A stretch of DNA of 64,000 bases from Cercozoa sp. M6MM (taxonomy: Eukaryota > Protista > Endomyxa: Ascetosporea), in assembly GCA_040357565.1 (NCBI GenBank), contig JBDODJ010000053.1. One strand, given 5' to 3'. Shown in pieces: positions 1 to 13,598 of the stretch. Position numbers and translations under genes: made by a program. The notes under the pieces are model-generated. The model was not told where the DNA came from. It was given only the letters and a program-made list of their open reading frames with translations, and did no database searches. Numbering within the stretch: position 1 is the stretch's first letter; the number at the start of each line of letters is the position of its first letter.

Positions 1-1285
1 GTGGGCACGCAGGAGCAGCGACAGATCCGGCGTGCCGAGGTCGACGCGCTGCGTTTGCTGAAAGCGCTGGAACGACAAGTGACTGCTCGCGGCGAGCGTT
101 CTCCGCAACAGACAGAAGGCGCCCGGCAGCGCTTGGTACAGCTGCGCAAGCTAGTCAACGAGCTGCAGCACGTCGAGGCACAGCGTGAGGTACTGTGGCC
201 TGACACATGTAAGGATACGTGAGAAGATGAAGCACTGCAGAGAGAGGCAGAACGCACGCTGTTGGACGAAGATGACGTGTCGCTGATGACGCAGAAACTG
301 CGCGTGCTGGAGGCCGTGCTGTGTCTGGCCGCCGACTGCGGCGCTGGCGAGGCGCGTTTCGGCGCGCGGCAGCTGCCGTCGCTGCGACGCGAGTACGACG
401 TGGCCTCCCAGAAACCGCGGCCTTCCATGCGACCACAGGGTGCGTATTTTCTGTATTACTACATGCCTGCTTGTATACTTGGGATATATTGTTTATCGTA
501 CATTGTTGTACATTGTTGGACACTGTTACATGTTGTCTGTTGTATTTAGCTGTATGTTTGTTGTATGTTTGTGGTATTTTTGTGGTATTTTTGTTGTACG
601 CACGCGCGCAGAAGAGAGCGTGATTCTCGAGCACCGTGGTGCGCGAGCCAAGCGTGTGCAGCGGCAGCTCTTCGCTTCGTCAACCGACACTGCCGAAATC
701 GAAAAAGACAGCGACAGCGACAGTGTCGACAAGACAGAGTCGAAGCACTCAAAAGACGACTGGCGACAGTGGCGCAAGGACTACCGCACGCGACGGAAAA
801 CCGCCGCTGGCAATGTGCAGGGTACTCCAACTCATGTCATGTGTCTATGTCAATGTGTATATGTCAATGTGTATATGTCAATGTGTCTGTCTATGTCAAT
901 GTGTCTTTGTATACAGGCGAGGAAGACGAAGCACTCGTGGCCGACTTGGTGTCGCACTCGTCGGCACTGCGCGACGCGGTGCACTCCATCCGCACGCAGC
1001 TGCAGCAGGACGCTGTTGTACGCGACGAAATCACGGCCGAGACTATGCGCATCGAGGATCAGCTCAAGCGTGCCAACACGTCGCTGTCTGTACATTTCCC
1101 TTGCTTCCTGTTGTGCCTTGCTTCCCTGTTTCTGCATTGTGGAGGTTGTATACTGTACACTGCAGGAGTACTCGGCGCGTCGCTGCTCGCTGGACTGCTG
1201 GACACTGCTGCTGCTGCTGGTCTCGATCGTCATGTTCATCGGCACCTACCTGCTCATTCGACTCATACCCAAGCCGGCATCTTAG
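1..1285 (+). CDS. USE1: ER SNARE USE1-like protein (5' end outside window; about 5 exons visible)
   Basis: Spliced exons give a coiled-coil SNARE-like segment (EEDEALVADLVSHSSALRDAVHSIRTQLQQDAVVRDE...) then a C-terminal TM helix CWTLLLLLVSIVMFIGTYLLIRLIPKPAS*, typical of Use1; stop at 1283-1285. Confidence 0.7.
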
Positions 1286-1700
1286 TTTTTGTCTCGTCGT
1301 GTGTCTACTGTAGTAGTAGTTCAGTCTATTTCGACGCAACACAAGATCTAGAGTTGACTGCACGCGACGACAAGCGAAGACGAGCGTACAGGTCGGTGTC
1401 TAGCGCGCGTGTCGACGAAATCGGCAGCGAAAGCATCGCACACACGCGACGATTCATTTCGTCGGCGCAGCGCTTCCTTTCTGTTGTCGGGCAGTTCAGA
1501 AAACACAAATTATGGTTTCGTTTGGTGTGATAACCAGACCAGCTATAGCTCTCTCAATCAATTGGCAGCTGGTCGGTACACACTGAGCCCGGGAGCTTCA
1601 GCCAAGGATCTCTAGTTGGACAGAGATACGCGCTTACGCAAAAAATTTCTGAGCCGAACTTTGCTACGCTCGGCTATCCGAATTTCCCGTTCGATTAGCG

Positions 1701-3724
1701 TTAATTCGTCACGGTGACGACCGACCACGGCAGCGTGGTTTCGGCAAAGAGCGGCACAACGACAGAGTCGCCGAAGGGCAGCTGCGCCGGCACCGCAAAC
1801 TCTTCCCGACGCAGGGTGACAGTGCCGTCCTGGTGTCCCAGCAGCAACCAAAACGTACCGCACTGTGTGAAGACAGACACAACTGCAACAAAAATACCGA
1901 GGACTGCGAGCGCGGCATGCCGTAGAAGTCAGCACCATTCTCGCACAGGAATGCACGCAGCTTCGCCTGTCCCTCCTGTGTCGACAAGTCCACTCCTGTT
2001 TTGCACACAGGTAAAATACAGAGAAGATGGCAAAGCAAGAAAGGATACCGGCCTGTTCGAAGGCAGTGGCGTACAACTGCAGAGCAAAAGGAGCGCTAAA
2101 GCAGCCGGCGCTGCAGCAGGACCTATCGAACACACAAACAAACAATCTCGAACTGCCAGTCTGGATCGATTCGACCAAAGTACGCGAGTTTGCGTTCGAT
2201 CGGATGAGGAGCCGAGTCAGTGCCTGTTGTCAGATATATGACATCTTCATTTTGCAGGTACCGCTGAAGACTTAGTTACCGGCAAAGAACTTCTTGTTGC
2301 CGGAACGGATCACTGTAGTTTACATCATAAACACAGCTGTTCGAAGACAATAACAAGGAAATGAAGAGCACCTTCCTGCAGGGCTTGGCGGTCTTCGTTC
2401 GTCTTGAGCACGGGCAAACTGCGATCACGAAAAGCATGTGAAGGAATCCCTTTCACTTCACTGTCCAATGACATCGGAGTACCAATAACGATGCGGTCGC
2501 AGGCCGCCCACAAACAGGTCGCTTCGCGTCAGTCTGCAGGGACATTGGCCATTCAAAGACAATTGAGAATGAAGAGAAAAACAAAAGTACAGCAGGTGCT
2601 GCGGCGTCAGGGTAGCCGCCACGTTTGGTCCTTCTGCTTGCGTGCAGTATGAGTAGACTAGCGCACACTCACAGGAAATGTACGCGCGTTCACAAAGTCA
2701 ACAGCAGCCTTGGTTGTGCAGTGCTCAACGACCACCTGTGCTCGCAGATCACCAAAAGCAGGACAAGTGAGCGCGAATCGGCAGGCACCTTCAGTTGCGG
2801 GTGACGCTGCACGACGCCTGTGAGGACAGTTTCGATAAAGACACGCTCGCGATCGAACAGGTCCACCGACGGCGTAGTCACCTGTCAAACAATGCCAAGT
2901 TCTCAAGCAGACTGACACCAGACCTAACAAGGTAAACCTCAGCGTGCACGAGGAGCAGCAAGCCGTGTTGTGCCATCGCGTCCAGCACACCTGTGATACC
3001 GATCACGGTGCCGTGCACATACACTAAAAGAGAGCCCTACCACGAGTAGACAGTGCCTCGACGTCGGTCACACCTACAGCAACGTTCGAGTGCCAATGAC
3101 AAACATGCATAAAAGGAGAGGCGAAAGCACCCGAGGAAGAGTTGGTGGTGGCGCCACTCGGGTACAGTTTGCAAGCAACCACTGCAGACACGACACAAAT
3201 CTATTCAACAAACACAAGCACAGCAACAAGAAACACCGCCATGCTGATTGGCCTCGGCAATATCCTCTGGTGTGGTTTCGTCCGTCAGGTACAACGACAT
3301 CAGTGGCGTGAACGAGTCCTTTGTCTGCACAAACTCAGCAGAGTACTCGTGTGTGTCTTGTGCAATGTACGTGCTCAAGGATGCGTTGCTTGTAGGCCAG
3401 GGCATCTTGTGCTGTTTACAAGATCGTAAAGCACAAGTCTGAAGCACAAACGGTTGAACTGAAAGCACCGTTGCGCACTGGCGGACGCAGGTTCGGCATA
3501 ATCTGCATCCATCAAAATAGTGCTGTCATAGGCAATTGGGCGCAGCATGAAGCCAACCAGGGCACGGCCAAAGTACTTTGCCGTCAGAGGAGCCACATCG
3601 CGCATCTAGCAGCAAAACAACCACAGGACAAGTTCCGACCGCTTGATCATAACGAACAAGGTACACGATCGCCGTCGCGAACGTGCAAGTGCAAGTCGTC
3701 CGGTCGCGGCAGCGTTATTTCCAT
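1701..3724 (-). CDS. pyrC: Dihydroorotase, homodimeric type II (PyrC/URA4-like), multi-exon
   Basis: Motifs across exons: MEITLPRPDDLHLHVRDG, KLYPSGATTNS, DLFDRERVFIE, VVVEHCTTKAAVDFV, FFAGTDSAPH, AGCFSAPFALQLYATAFEQAG, FLCENGADFYGMPR; ends LPWSVVTVTN*. Confidence 0.95.
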
Positions 3725-4005
3725 ATCCGTTTTCAATTACAACTAATAAAGGTTATCGGACAGTTTGAAAGCAGTGATTTGCGGCCCTGTCAGCAAAAAT
3801 ACAACGCGCCTTTAAATTTGAGCTGTAGCCAGCAAGGTTTCCGCTTCCTGCTTCTTCTGCTTTTCTTTCAGCAGTCCAGACGCGTTCAAAAAGCACTGAA
3901 CTTTTGTTTGGTTGTTTGAACACGTCAGAGCATCATAAAATTGCAAAAGCTCCGGTTCCTCTGTCTGACCAGCGACAATCTGCCTGGAAATCCTGCGACA
4001 CTATC

Positions 4006-7000
4006 ATGTCGCACGAACAATATTACGACGACTGGTGGACCGAAGAAGATGCGCTGGTGCCTTTCTCGTTCGACATGTTTTCCTTTGTCTTGTATACGAA
4101 TACTGGGGTCTGTGGGCAGGCAGCAGTCGAGAGAGGCACAGCGATCCGCGGAAAACTTCGTATCAACGCCAAGAACCCACTAAAGGCCAGTTTCGTTGGG
4201 CACAGCGACCCACGATACAACCGCGATGTCTATTTGGCTGGTTTGCTGTTTCTCGCTCTGCCACTTTTGGCTCGTTTACCTTCCGTTGTCCAGATTTGAA
4301 GGCGCGGAATCGTGCCTGTCATCACGATGAAGTTATTGTTTCGATCTCTCAGTGGCTGGAGTCTCCTGTTGGTACGTGTTGCGCTCTGTACTATGTAACT
4401 GAATTACCACCCGTCGCAACAGGTCAGCAGCCCCGTGGCCAAGTGGTTTACATTGCAAAACGCCACCGATTGTATTTCTCATCCTGTGTCGCAGAGATTT
4501 GATCTGTTCATGGCAATTATTCAGTGCGGAGGAAGGTCTGGGACGCATGTTCGGCCGAATTGAAAGTTTCACAAATGACGCAACTTTGACTACGGTGTGT
4601 TCTTAATGTGAGTGAGTGATAAGGATTGAGTGATAAGGATTGGATCGAATCTTGTCGTAGAGCAATTATGCAAGGTTTCGCCCACTTCTGCAGACTGCAC
4701 CGCAGGCCGTCGTTCCTGTACTTTCGTTTATTTTTCCGTACGCGTCGGTTTTTTACGATTGCCATCATTGGGGCAGGTCCGTCAGTTGCCGAAGGAGTAC
4801 GCAACTGATCCAAATTCTGACAAGAACAAATTTTTGGTGGCTGAAGTTCAATACTGCGACTGGACTCCCGAGAGTCGGTGTGTTTTGTCAACATAGCTAC
4901 ATTCATGTGCAGAATAAAATGTTTTATTTTTCCCTCAGTTGGCCGAAAGCCAATTTTGTTCGAATGGCCGGAAATGTTGGTACTCGCTTCTGCTCGCTTT
5001 CAGATGTTGATGCTAGTTTTATGCTTAATTGTGACAGGCGACATCGATACGGAAACCGACATACTTCTCGCGATGCACCAGGTATCATCTAACTTGCCCA
5101 TTCTCTGGTATGCCCGTATACGACTCCTTTGGTTGGCAGATCGACTGGACAGAGACCTTTCCGCCAGAAGTTGTTGATCAGGGTTTGGCATTGCTCTTGC
5201 TCGAGTTGGTTACTATTTTACGCAATTGTATCTAAATAGTGAACGCGTACTCGGAACGGTGGGAGATTCCTGCCGAAGAATTCGAAAACAGATGGTAAAC
5301 TTTCGCAAAATACCACCTTTTGAGCCGTTATCCTGTGCCTGCAGCGACCTTCGCGACATGTCTATTTTCACCATCGACCCGCCCACTGTATCTTGGCACT
5401 TTCGCTTCACTTGAAAATATCTCTCTGTTTTTTAACGGCTAGGCTCGTGACTTGGACGATGCGCTTTCCATTGTATGATAGCGCCCTGTCTACGCATCAC
5501 CATGCGATATAAATCTGTATTTATATTGTACAGAGACGAATCTCGGGCACGCGAGTCGAGCTCGGCGTGCACATTGCTGACTTGACGTACTTCATGCCAC
5601 TTCAATCGCCTGTACCGCTTCATATTATGTCTTTCGTTCAGTGTTTTTCTTTTTATCTTGATGCACGCAGCTGGACAAGGAGGCAGCCAAGCGCGCCACC
5701 ACCGTTTACCTCGTGCAAAAGAACATTCCGATGGTGCCGCGTGTGCTATGTGATCTGCTGTGCTCTCTGCACCCGCACGTTGACCGGTACTTAAGCTCAT
5801 ATGCATGCCAAGCACAATGCCCGATACGTTCCTTTGCTTAGACTGGCCGTCTCGATGTTTGTCACGTGCGACCTCAAGTAATCTACCTATGTGCCTACGT
5901 TGAACGCGAAGTATTGTTTGTCTGCTACGAAGGACGGGCGAGGTTGTTGGCGAACCGTGGTTTGGCCGTTCGATCGTATTATTCATTTGTTTCAGTGACA
6001 CTTGTGTGTTGAAATTTTCAAACTGGGTAGATCCGTTCAAGGGTCAAGTTGGATTACGAAACGGCACAGAAACTCATCGATGACACAGTACATTTAACGT
6101 TCTATTCTGGTCTCTTTATTACGCTCCTGTCCTGGCAAACAGGAGATGACGCAAGAGGAACGATCAAAATTCGAGGTAGCTTACTTGATGAAAATGAAGG
6201 AAGAACAGTGCTCAACGAACTTTTCAGCGAAAGGAGAACGACGAAACTGCAACTTTCGCTGTTGATTGGCCTCAGGTATTCTTGGAACCGATTGCGCACC
6301 GCGGTGTTGTCTGACTTGCTTGTTTAGATTGCAAATGCGTGCAAACTGATGCATCGACTGGCCGTGGTGTTGCGGCGCAATCGTTTCCAGGGGTATCCAA
6401 CCATCGCTTTTCCGTTTGCATATCCGAAAACACTATTTGCGCTTTTCCGTTTGCAGTGGTGCGCTTGCGCTGGACAATGCCGAGATCAAGTTCAAGCTCA
6501 ACGATGAGGGTATTTATATTGCGTTGTGTACAGGTTGTGATTGGCACTTTATGTACAGGTCTGCCGTGTGAGGTGACGGACTACCCGATCTTCGAGTCCA
6601 ATCACCTTGTTGAGGTATTCCGTGACAGATGCGCTCGAACGTACCACTTTTATGCCTGCTTTGATTTATTCCATAGGAATGCATGCTATTGGCTAACATG
6701 TGCGTCGCCAAACGTCTCAAGGCCAAGCTGCCTCAGCGTGCTTTGCTCCGGTTAGTCATTTTGTGTACGAAGGACACACACTTTTTGACTTATTCTGACT
6801 TGACGTGTGTGCAGACGCCATCAGCCGCCGAATCCGCTGGGCATTCGCAAGATGCAGGATTTGCTGAAGGTAGCATGTGCCACTGCTGCTCCTGCTGTTT
6901 GACACATCAACGTATGTTTGCCTGATCAGATGATCAATCTGAATGTCGACTTTGGCAGTGCGAAAGCACTGTCCAACTCATTGCACAAACTTGAGGTACT

Positions 7001-8533
7001 ACTTTTGACTGCCGCTTCTGCTTTCAATGTGATTTTGGAGGATGTAAAAACAGAACCTTCCTGCTTTGAGCGGCCACGTGCGTGTGCGCTCACTTGTCGA
7101 ATTCCTGCTGACGACACCCATGCAGCAGGTACGACTCTCTTTGTCATTTTTGCTGAGATAAACGCTTGCGTCTTAGGCCGAGTACGTTTGCTTCGGCGCC
7201 ACGAACGCAGAAGGCGTACCTTAAGTCGTGTTGCCTGTGTATGCCGTACAGACACCTATGTTTAGGAGGAGATGGATGAGTCCAGTGTGCGACACTATGC
7301 GCTGAACACTCCTGTACGTTTGATGTGCAGCATTTGGTGTGCTTCTGTTTCTGTTCATCCCATATCTTTAGTTGTACACGCACTTTACTTCGCCAATTCG
7401 ACGCTACGCGGACGTCCTCGTTCACCGGGTACAGCTCGTCGTACCTGTGTTAGGGGATGTGTTTACGTGCTAAACTGCAGTCGCTGTTGTACACCGTGAG
7501 TGACCAGTCGGAGAACGTTGACGAGGTGCTTGATCTTTTCGTCTGCATCTGTTTGTGTCACGTTGAGGTATATGCGCAGGTCGTGGCGTCGCCACAAAGA
7601 ATGCAGGCCCAAGCAGACAACTGCAATTACCGCAAGATGAACGCTGATGCCGCGCAAATCCAAAGTACGCGTGTCCCCTACTTCGCGTCTAAGAAATACC
7701 GATTTTTGACTCTGTGCAGGCAATGAAGTGTTCTTGCTTTCGCTGCTGTCTGCGCGTCCCCTGCGACAGTTTGGTGTCCTCACCGATATTGGGTATATTT
7801 ACCCTTTTTCTGTATTGTATCTTGCGTGAGATGCATGTTTGCCGCAGACCAAAATCGTGCACTATCGCGTTGCCCGATTTCGCGTTGCTCAAGCGTGTCA
7901 AGTCTGTTTTTTTTTTTTTTTTTTTTTGTTTGTTGGCATGCTTTGTGCCAACTTGAAATTTCGCAGGTTTGATGACCTGGCACGATGGACGCGTGAAGGT
8001 GACGTCCCTCCGCTTGATTACGCGCAGGTTCTGTACGATGGTGAGCCATCGTCGATGAACGCAGGCAGTCACAGCACGAGCGCGAGCAGCTACAGCACCA
8101 GAAGTACGGCAGTTGTATTCTTTCCCTGTGCGTGGAAGATCATGTTTCCGTGCTCGCAGGCAAGAAACAGGACAAGCGTGGTCGCGACAAGGGCAGAAGC
8201 AAGAAGTCGAAACCGACTCCCGCTGAGGCGCATGCCAACGCAAAGGGTGTTCCACACTTCAACGATGCCTGTGTTGTTGTCTGTATACGTGCCATATGCG
8301 TCCGCGCAGAGGAGAAAGAGGTTCGCAAGCAACTGCAACTCGTTTTCGTCGACGGTACTGAGCGTCGCGTCGACATTATGGGTTGGCCACAAGTCTCTGC
8401 ATTTTGTGCTGTGTTGTGTTGAGGTGTGTCCCTTTTGTACATTGGCTATTGGACTGCAGGCGTGTTCCCCGTACTGTTGGGATGCCAGCCGGGTGTTCCG
8501 ATGACCATGAGTATTGCGCCGCTCAAGAATTAG
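4006..8533 (+). CDS. DIS3L2: DIS3-like exoribonuclease 2 (RNase II/R family, no PIN domain), multi-exon
   Basis: [128 protein letters not shown]. Start and stop are best estimates. Confidence 0.9.
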
Positions 8534-9303
8534 TGCGAGCGCTTTGTGCTTATCGCATTGCTTCGCTTGCTTGGGGGGCTTTCAGTCGGTCACGCGAAGT
8601 TCCGCGCGTCCGGTCAGGTCGCCAAAATTGAATTTCTAAACGTATACTAAGTTACTTCCATAGTTTCTGTACATTCGACTGTCCTGTCAGCGAGTAGTCA
8701 GTGGAACAGATCTTGCTCCTTCACCCATTCCACTTCGATCTGCGGGTTTTGACGTAAAATGAGCTTAAAGTACTTGCCTGCAGGGCAAACTACAGAACAC
8801 ATGCTCTTGCCAGCCAGCTCAACATTCTTAAGGCAAGGAGAAGACTTACAAGCTCCCCAATTCAGCGCGATGACCTATCTTGGTGGCGGCGTCGCTGGCG
8901 GCGGCAGCTCGAGCGTTTGCAGAGGAGTCGACAATACCACTGCGGAGTCAACGGGGGTTCAAAGCTCGCTCACGGGCTGCGAATGTCGCCGTCGCGTTGC
9001 AACGACGGAGACAAGGAAGCTCACCCGCGAACATGAACGTCATCACTCGTCTCTAGTCTGTTGCTACCGTACGCTTTTTGTATAAAATTTAGTGTTGTGG
9101 AAAAGTTGGTCGTTTCTGGCCAGCTCTGTTCACCGAGTCGCTCAATGACACAGTTTGGAATCTCAATTGTACGCGCGACGGAACAGGCCATATATCGATG
9201 GAGAGAAATCACACAATTCTGTACAGTAGGAGCGGCAACTAGTTTGTTCGACACGTACAACGATGCCGACGCTGGGCCGTTTCGACAGTGTACACGTTCA
9301 GTT

Positions 9304-11008
9304 TTACTGGCCGGCAAGCTTGGCCTCGAGCTCGGCGATCTTGGCCTGCGCCGCGGCGAGCTCCTCCTCGAGCTGCTCGTACGACTTCTTGGCCACGAAG
9401 GTAGCGGCGGCTGCACCCATAAATAAAGGATGCATATAAATCATACATACAGCACACAAAAGAAGGCAACACACCCGAGGCACCAGCGCCGTCGGTGCGC
9501 TTCTCCGGGTCGAGCGAGGTCTTGATGACCTCCTTGCTGGCACCGCCAAAGTACTCCTCGGCCGTCATCGACGGCACGCCAGCGTACGTGTCCGGGAAGA
9601 TGTCGTCCTGGAAGATATCGGCACCCGTCTTGCGCGGCACGCGCATCGACACCGGGGCCACCGTGTCGCGCGTGAGGCGCAGGAAGCGCGCGATCTCGCA
9701 GTGCGTCGTGTCGCAGGCGCGCTTGGGGATCCACGTGAGGCCCTTCTGCGGCGTGCTCGAGCGGAAGTTCGCCAGGTGGTACACGCCCGTCGAGTCGACC
9801 TCAAAGTAGCGGATGTCACCGCCACCCTTACCGGCCAGGTAGAGGATCGACAGGTCGTTGTCGTAGAACGGCAGCAGCACCGACGCCGACTGATCGAGGT
9901 CGACCGTGCGCACCGGACCTGCATGAGCAAGCAGACACATCAACAAGCAGACATAGATAGGACTATGTAGGGGTGAGGACGAAGGTACCGCCCGAGAGGT
10001 TGCGCGGGTCCCAGAACTTGATGCGACGCTGCGAGGTGCGCGTGAAGCCGACGGCACCCACGAGGTTCTGGGCGCCGCAGTGGAAGACGCGCGCTGACTT
10101 GGTGCCCGAGAACGAGTCGGCGATCTGCACGGCCTCGGCCTGACGCGGGTCGTACAGACGCACCTTCTTGTCCTTGCACGACGCAAAGATCTGCGAGCCG
10201 TCGTCTGAGAACTCGTAGGACTGGATCATGTCGCCAAAGTCGCCGTACGACAGCATCTCGGCCTGCTTCTCGATGTCCCACAGCTTGATCGTGCGGTCGA
10301 ACGACGCCGACGACAGCACCGAGTTGGCCGTCGGGTTGAACTTCACGAACATCACCTTCTTCGTGTGGCCCTTGCACGTCACCGCAGCCTCCGTCACGTG
10401 CTCCGTGAGGCCGGCTGTCGAACACGCACACACACCCAAACATAACATACAGTGCAAGGACAAGGACATCGACACAGAGGAGGAAGTACTCGACGGGAAC
10501 TGCGAGACCTTGACGGCGCAGTCCTCACCACCGGTGGCGATCATGTTGCCAATGAACGGGTGGAACGCCATGTCGAGCACCTTGGCGCGGTGCACGTTGA
10601 GCGTCGGGTGGTTGATCGACAGGCGGCCCGGCTGGTCGAATCGCTGGATGATCACGGGACCACCGCCACCCTGCTTGGCCACGGCGAAGAACTCCGTGTT
10701 GGCGGCAATGTACGTGCCCTCACCGACCGTCGAGGCCTTGATGTCCGTGTAGCATTGCTCCGTCTGCACAGAAATCACACAATAAAGTGCGACCACACAA
10801 CAGATCGAGCGTTTTGACTCACCTTGTACTCCTCGCCAAAGACGTGGCGGAACTTGGACGCGCGAACAAAGCTGCACACAGGAAAACATACACACACACG
10901 TGAGTCGAGCAAACGCAGAGACACGGCACAAAAAAGTATCCGTGGGTCAAAGGCGAAAACTGACAAACAGCATCGCGGCCAATGGAGGGCTCATTACCTG
11001 CCGGACAT
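9304..11008 (-). CDS. Coronin (WD40 actin-binding protein with C-terminal coiled coil), 6 exons
   Basis: FVRASKFRHVFG, HRAKVLDMAFHPF, GHTKKV..FNPTANSVLSSAS, LPFYDNDLSILYLAGKGGGDIRYFE, PQKG..PKRACD, PVSMRVPRK..DIFQDDIFPDT, coiled coil LEEELAAAQAKIAELEAKL*. Confidence 0.95.
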
Positions 11009-11434
11009 GTTCTATAAGATGTGCTGTGCTAACTGTGCAGTGGAGTGGCACAGAAGACGTGTTTTGGGGTCTCCGGAGGGTCGAGAGAGCAGACGCGCGT
11101 GCAGGTCAAATGGACGGATCTGTACGTGTGCCAGTAGGTTTTAATCTTTTGTCCATTTGTACTTGGAATGTTCACTTTGTGCGAGAGGCTTGCTGGCAAT
11201 TACTGCTGTCACAGAGTGCAAACGTGACCTAGTACCAATAGGTAATCATCTGCATACGAATAATTCCGTTTTGGCCTGCGAAACCGTGCGCTCACTTTTT
11301 GCATCTCGATTTTGTTGACCACCTCGGGGTTGAGGGCTTTGGTTGTCGGTTGTCGGTTGTGGCATGTCAACCTGTAGTGTAGGTGGAAAGTAGCAGCATA
11401 GCAAGCAAGTGTTTTTAAAGCAACGGAATTGCGG

Positions 11435-13486
11435 ATGCGTGGCAACGGCGTTGTTGGAATTCTCCGCGAGGTGCTTGTTTTTCCAATGTTCTGTGCTGTG
11501 CACTACACAATCGTGTTTTGTTGTGATGACACAGGTGAAGAACAAGTGGGAACGCCGCGTTCCACTCGTTCCCAGCGACGTGAAAAAGTTGGTACACTGG
11601 CTACGAGTTTCCTCGTTAGGTGTGTGTGTGTGTGTTGCTGTGTGATGGTTCATTGTGCTGGTGCAGGTGGAAAAGGGTCTGCAAGTGCTCGTGCAACCGT
11701 CACCGAACCGCGTTTTCTCGTAACTTGTCCTCACAGTCTGGCTCTTGTTCACATCAAGCGATTGTTTGCTTGGGTGTCTCTGGCTAACAGGGACGATGAG
11801 TACGCCAGTGCCGGCGCCGTGCTGACCGATGACTTGTCCAAGGTGAGAACTTGCTGTACGCCTGTCTATGTAGCTTCGATGTTAGTGTGTTTGTGTGAAC
11901 AGGCTGGTACGATTCTCGGTGTGAAGGAGTTCCCGCACACGTCGCTGCAGTCCGACAAGGCCTACGTACACATTGCTTTGCTCACATTGCTTTGCTCTAT
12001 CTGGTCGTCTTTATGTTGTGTGAACTTAGATGATCTTCTCGCACACGATCAAGGCGCAGCCGGTACCTTTCTCTGTCTGACTGTGCTGCGCTCTTGTTTG
12101 CTGTAACTGTTTTGTTTCGTTTGCAGGAGAACATGCCCTTCTTAGACGAGTGTCTGCAGAAGAATGTTTCGTTGCTGGACTACGGTAGCCATTTCCGACT
12201 TGTTGTATGTACATCTGTATGTACATTTGTTGATGAACACAGAGAAGATTGCGAATGACGAAGGTCATCGGCTCGTCGCTTTTGGTATCTGTCCGCAGTG
12301 ATTGTTGTACTGTCTCGTGTATGTCTGTGATGATTGCAGGCGAGTACGCCGGTCTGGCTGGCATGGTCGACGGTCTGCGAGGTGCTTCCTCTGCTTGTCT
12401 CCCTCTCTGTAGGGGTATGTGTCTCCTGTATAGGACTGGGTGAGCACCTGCTGTCTCGAGGATTCTCGACGCCCCTCCTGCAGGTGGGCAGCACCTTTAT
12501 GTACGACGGTCTCGACGACTGCGAGGGGTACACAGAATCTTCCTTTGCCTTTGTGTCGGTGTACCTGATGCCACTACCCCCTCTGCAGACGCCTGAAGGA
12601 GGTGGGCCAGGCGATTGCCAAGAAGGGTCTGCCCAAGCAGCTGCCGCCACTTGTGTTTGCTTTCACTGGACGGTGCTTTCACTCATCCCGTGTCTATGTG
12701 TTCCTGTGTCTATCTATTCGGTATGTTGCTGTGTTGTTTGGACAGTGGACGCGTGTACAATGGTGCACGCCAGATTCTGAACCACCTGCCGGTCAAGACA
12801 CTGTCCTACGATGAGGTAGCTTCCTTGTGCACTTGCACTTGCACTGATGTGTTGTATCTCTGTTTATAATGAATGTGGGACCCAGCTGACGCAATTGCGC
12901 GCACAAGAGAAGAACGGTACTTTACCGGAGGACTACAACAAATGGGTATCCTCTCTGTTTCTGTGTGGCTGGTCTCTAATTCACCGTATGCTTACACCCA
13001 TGTTTGCACACAGGTGTACGCCATCGATCTGACTGTCGATGATCTCGTCGCTCACAAGAACGACTCTGACCGGTAGCGCTGTTCCCTCCACAGTGTCTCG
13101 TGCCCCTTAGTGAACACATGTGTGTTGTTGCAGTGTGGACATGCAGCACTACATTGCGCACCCGGACGAGTACGCTGCCTTTCCATTGCATGTGTTCTGT
13201 AATCTAGTGTGGCTGTGGTTGTTGGGCAGGTATGAGCCAGTGTTCCATCAGAAGATTGCGCCGCACATCAACGTGGTATCTGTTGTTTGTATCAAGGAAG
13301 AGTGTATCAAAGGTAGTACATGTCGCTGTTGTAGCTGGTTAACGGAATGTACTGGGAGCCCAAGTTCCCGCGGTACAAGACTTGTCCTAACCCAACACTA
13401 TGTCGACATGCTACCTTATCTTGTGCCACCTCAGACTGTTGAGCAAGGAGCAGATGCACGACTTGCACGAGTAGCCTTCTGTCTCT

Positions 13487-13536
<50 letters not shown>

Positions 13537-13546
13537 NNNNNNNNNN

Positions 13547-13598
<52 letters not shown>

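Noticed and set aside
1836-1900. Apparent 4-nt micro-exon (cag|TGCG|gtacg) in pyrC
   Set aside because: Including it breaks the frame; a single intron of normal length joins QSS to DGTVTL in frame.
1701-3724. Recent bacterial HGT of a PyrC-like dihydroorotase
   Set aside because: Stand-alone type II DHOases are established in plants, fungi and many protists, and the gene has host-type intron density.
12238-12256. ACAGAGAAGATT resembling the U6 ACAGAGA box
   Set aside because: It spans an AASS intron/exon junction (cag|EKIAN) and lacks the following AGCATGGC and the U6 stem-loop.
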